From the NCBI RefSeq assembly GCF_006345805.1, contig NC_042997.1:192138001-192202000 (forward strand): a DNA stretch of 64,000 nt. The letters run 5' to 3'. The number at the start of each line of letters is the position of its first letter. The first letter of the stretch is position 1. The translations under genes and the position numbers were made by a program. The notes under the pieces are model-generated. The model made no database searches. It was not told where the DNA came from and worked only from the letters and a program-made list of their open reading frames with translations. Of this stretch, positions 63,516 through 64,000 are shown piece after piece. The DNA is from Octopus sinensis. Its lineage: Eukaryota.

Positions 63516-64000
63516 ATGCCTTCGATAGAAGAAAGTCCAAAAATGAATTTCGATGCAGCCGTCGGCGGGCGCAAACTCATTAAAATTAAAATGGAAGAAA
63601 TACAAACCTATTTCGGATTGATCACCGACAAAGATGGTGAATCTAGGATAACACCACCAAACAAAATAAAAAATTAAATTAAAGAAAAGACTATTGTCTA
63701 TAAAGTATACAATGTAGAGAAAAAAAAAGATTTGAACATCTGGTGCGACTATGAAAGATATCAAGTATCTAACCAGAGGCGGTAAATTCGCCACCATAGA
63801 AAGCAAGGTTCGAGTCAACGGAGCGTGCAAGAGAGTACTCGACTCGAACCTTGCAAAGTGGAAATATTTTATTTTTACCTTAATATCTGGGACGTAGGAC
63901 GTCCCGGATAAAAATTAGAAATGTCCCCCCAGAAGTAGAAGTAGGCTGGATTGTAGCCACTCTTCTATACAAGAGGGAGGACAAGATACAATTGATTGAA
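63516..64000 (+). pseudogene. Degenerate ORF1 (gag-like, RRM) of an L1/Tx1-type LINE, running off the window
   Basis: MPSIEESPK..; ARFESTERAREYSTRTLQSGNILFLP*YLGRRTSRIKIRNVPPEVEVGWIVATLLY; stops and frameshifts. Confidence 0.55.

Overview
Eukaryotic (animal) genomic DNA, AT-rich and very dense in repeats. The SINE, LINE and microsatellite families look like Octopus (my recognition, not verified by search). Host genes found by reading splice sites, since the ORF track misses them: (1) the last two coding exons of DDX42 (+, 1468-1587 and 6140-6271); (2) a complete 7-exon COMMD3 (-, 31165 to 11628, 191 aa), convergent with DDX42; (3) candidate exons of an unidentified minus-strand gene or genes between 35.5 and 53.2 kb. 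The rest is transposable elements: three tRNA-derived SINE families, RTE, RTE-X, CR1 and L1/Tx1-like LINE pieces, two mariner relics, piggyBac- and hAT-type MITEs, a probable Helitron, satellites, and a 1.2-kb tandem duplication. The most interesting signal is a set of Penelope-like (PLE) derivatives embedded in (TA)n microsatellites. These include a 2.1-kb element with a GIY-YIG endonuclease but no reverse transcriptase, three type-I hammerhead ribozyme folds (one apparently intact with a U3-A8 core variant and palindromic helix III) and a ~70-bp hairpin. Exon, TSD, TIR and ribozyme coordinates were counted by hand. SINE and LINE boundaries are approximate. Protein and family identifications rest on remembered sequences, not database searches.
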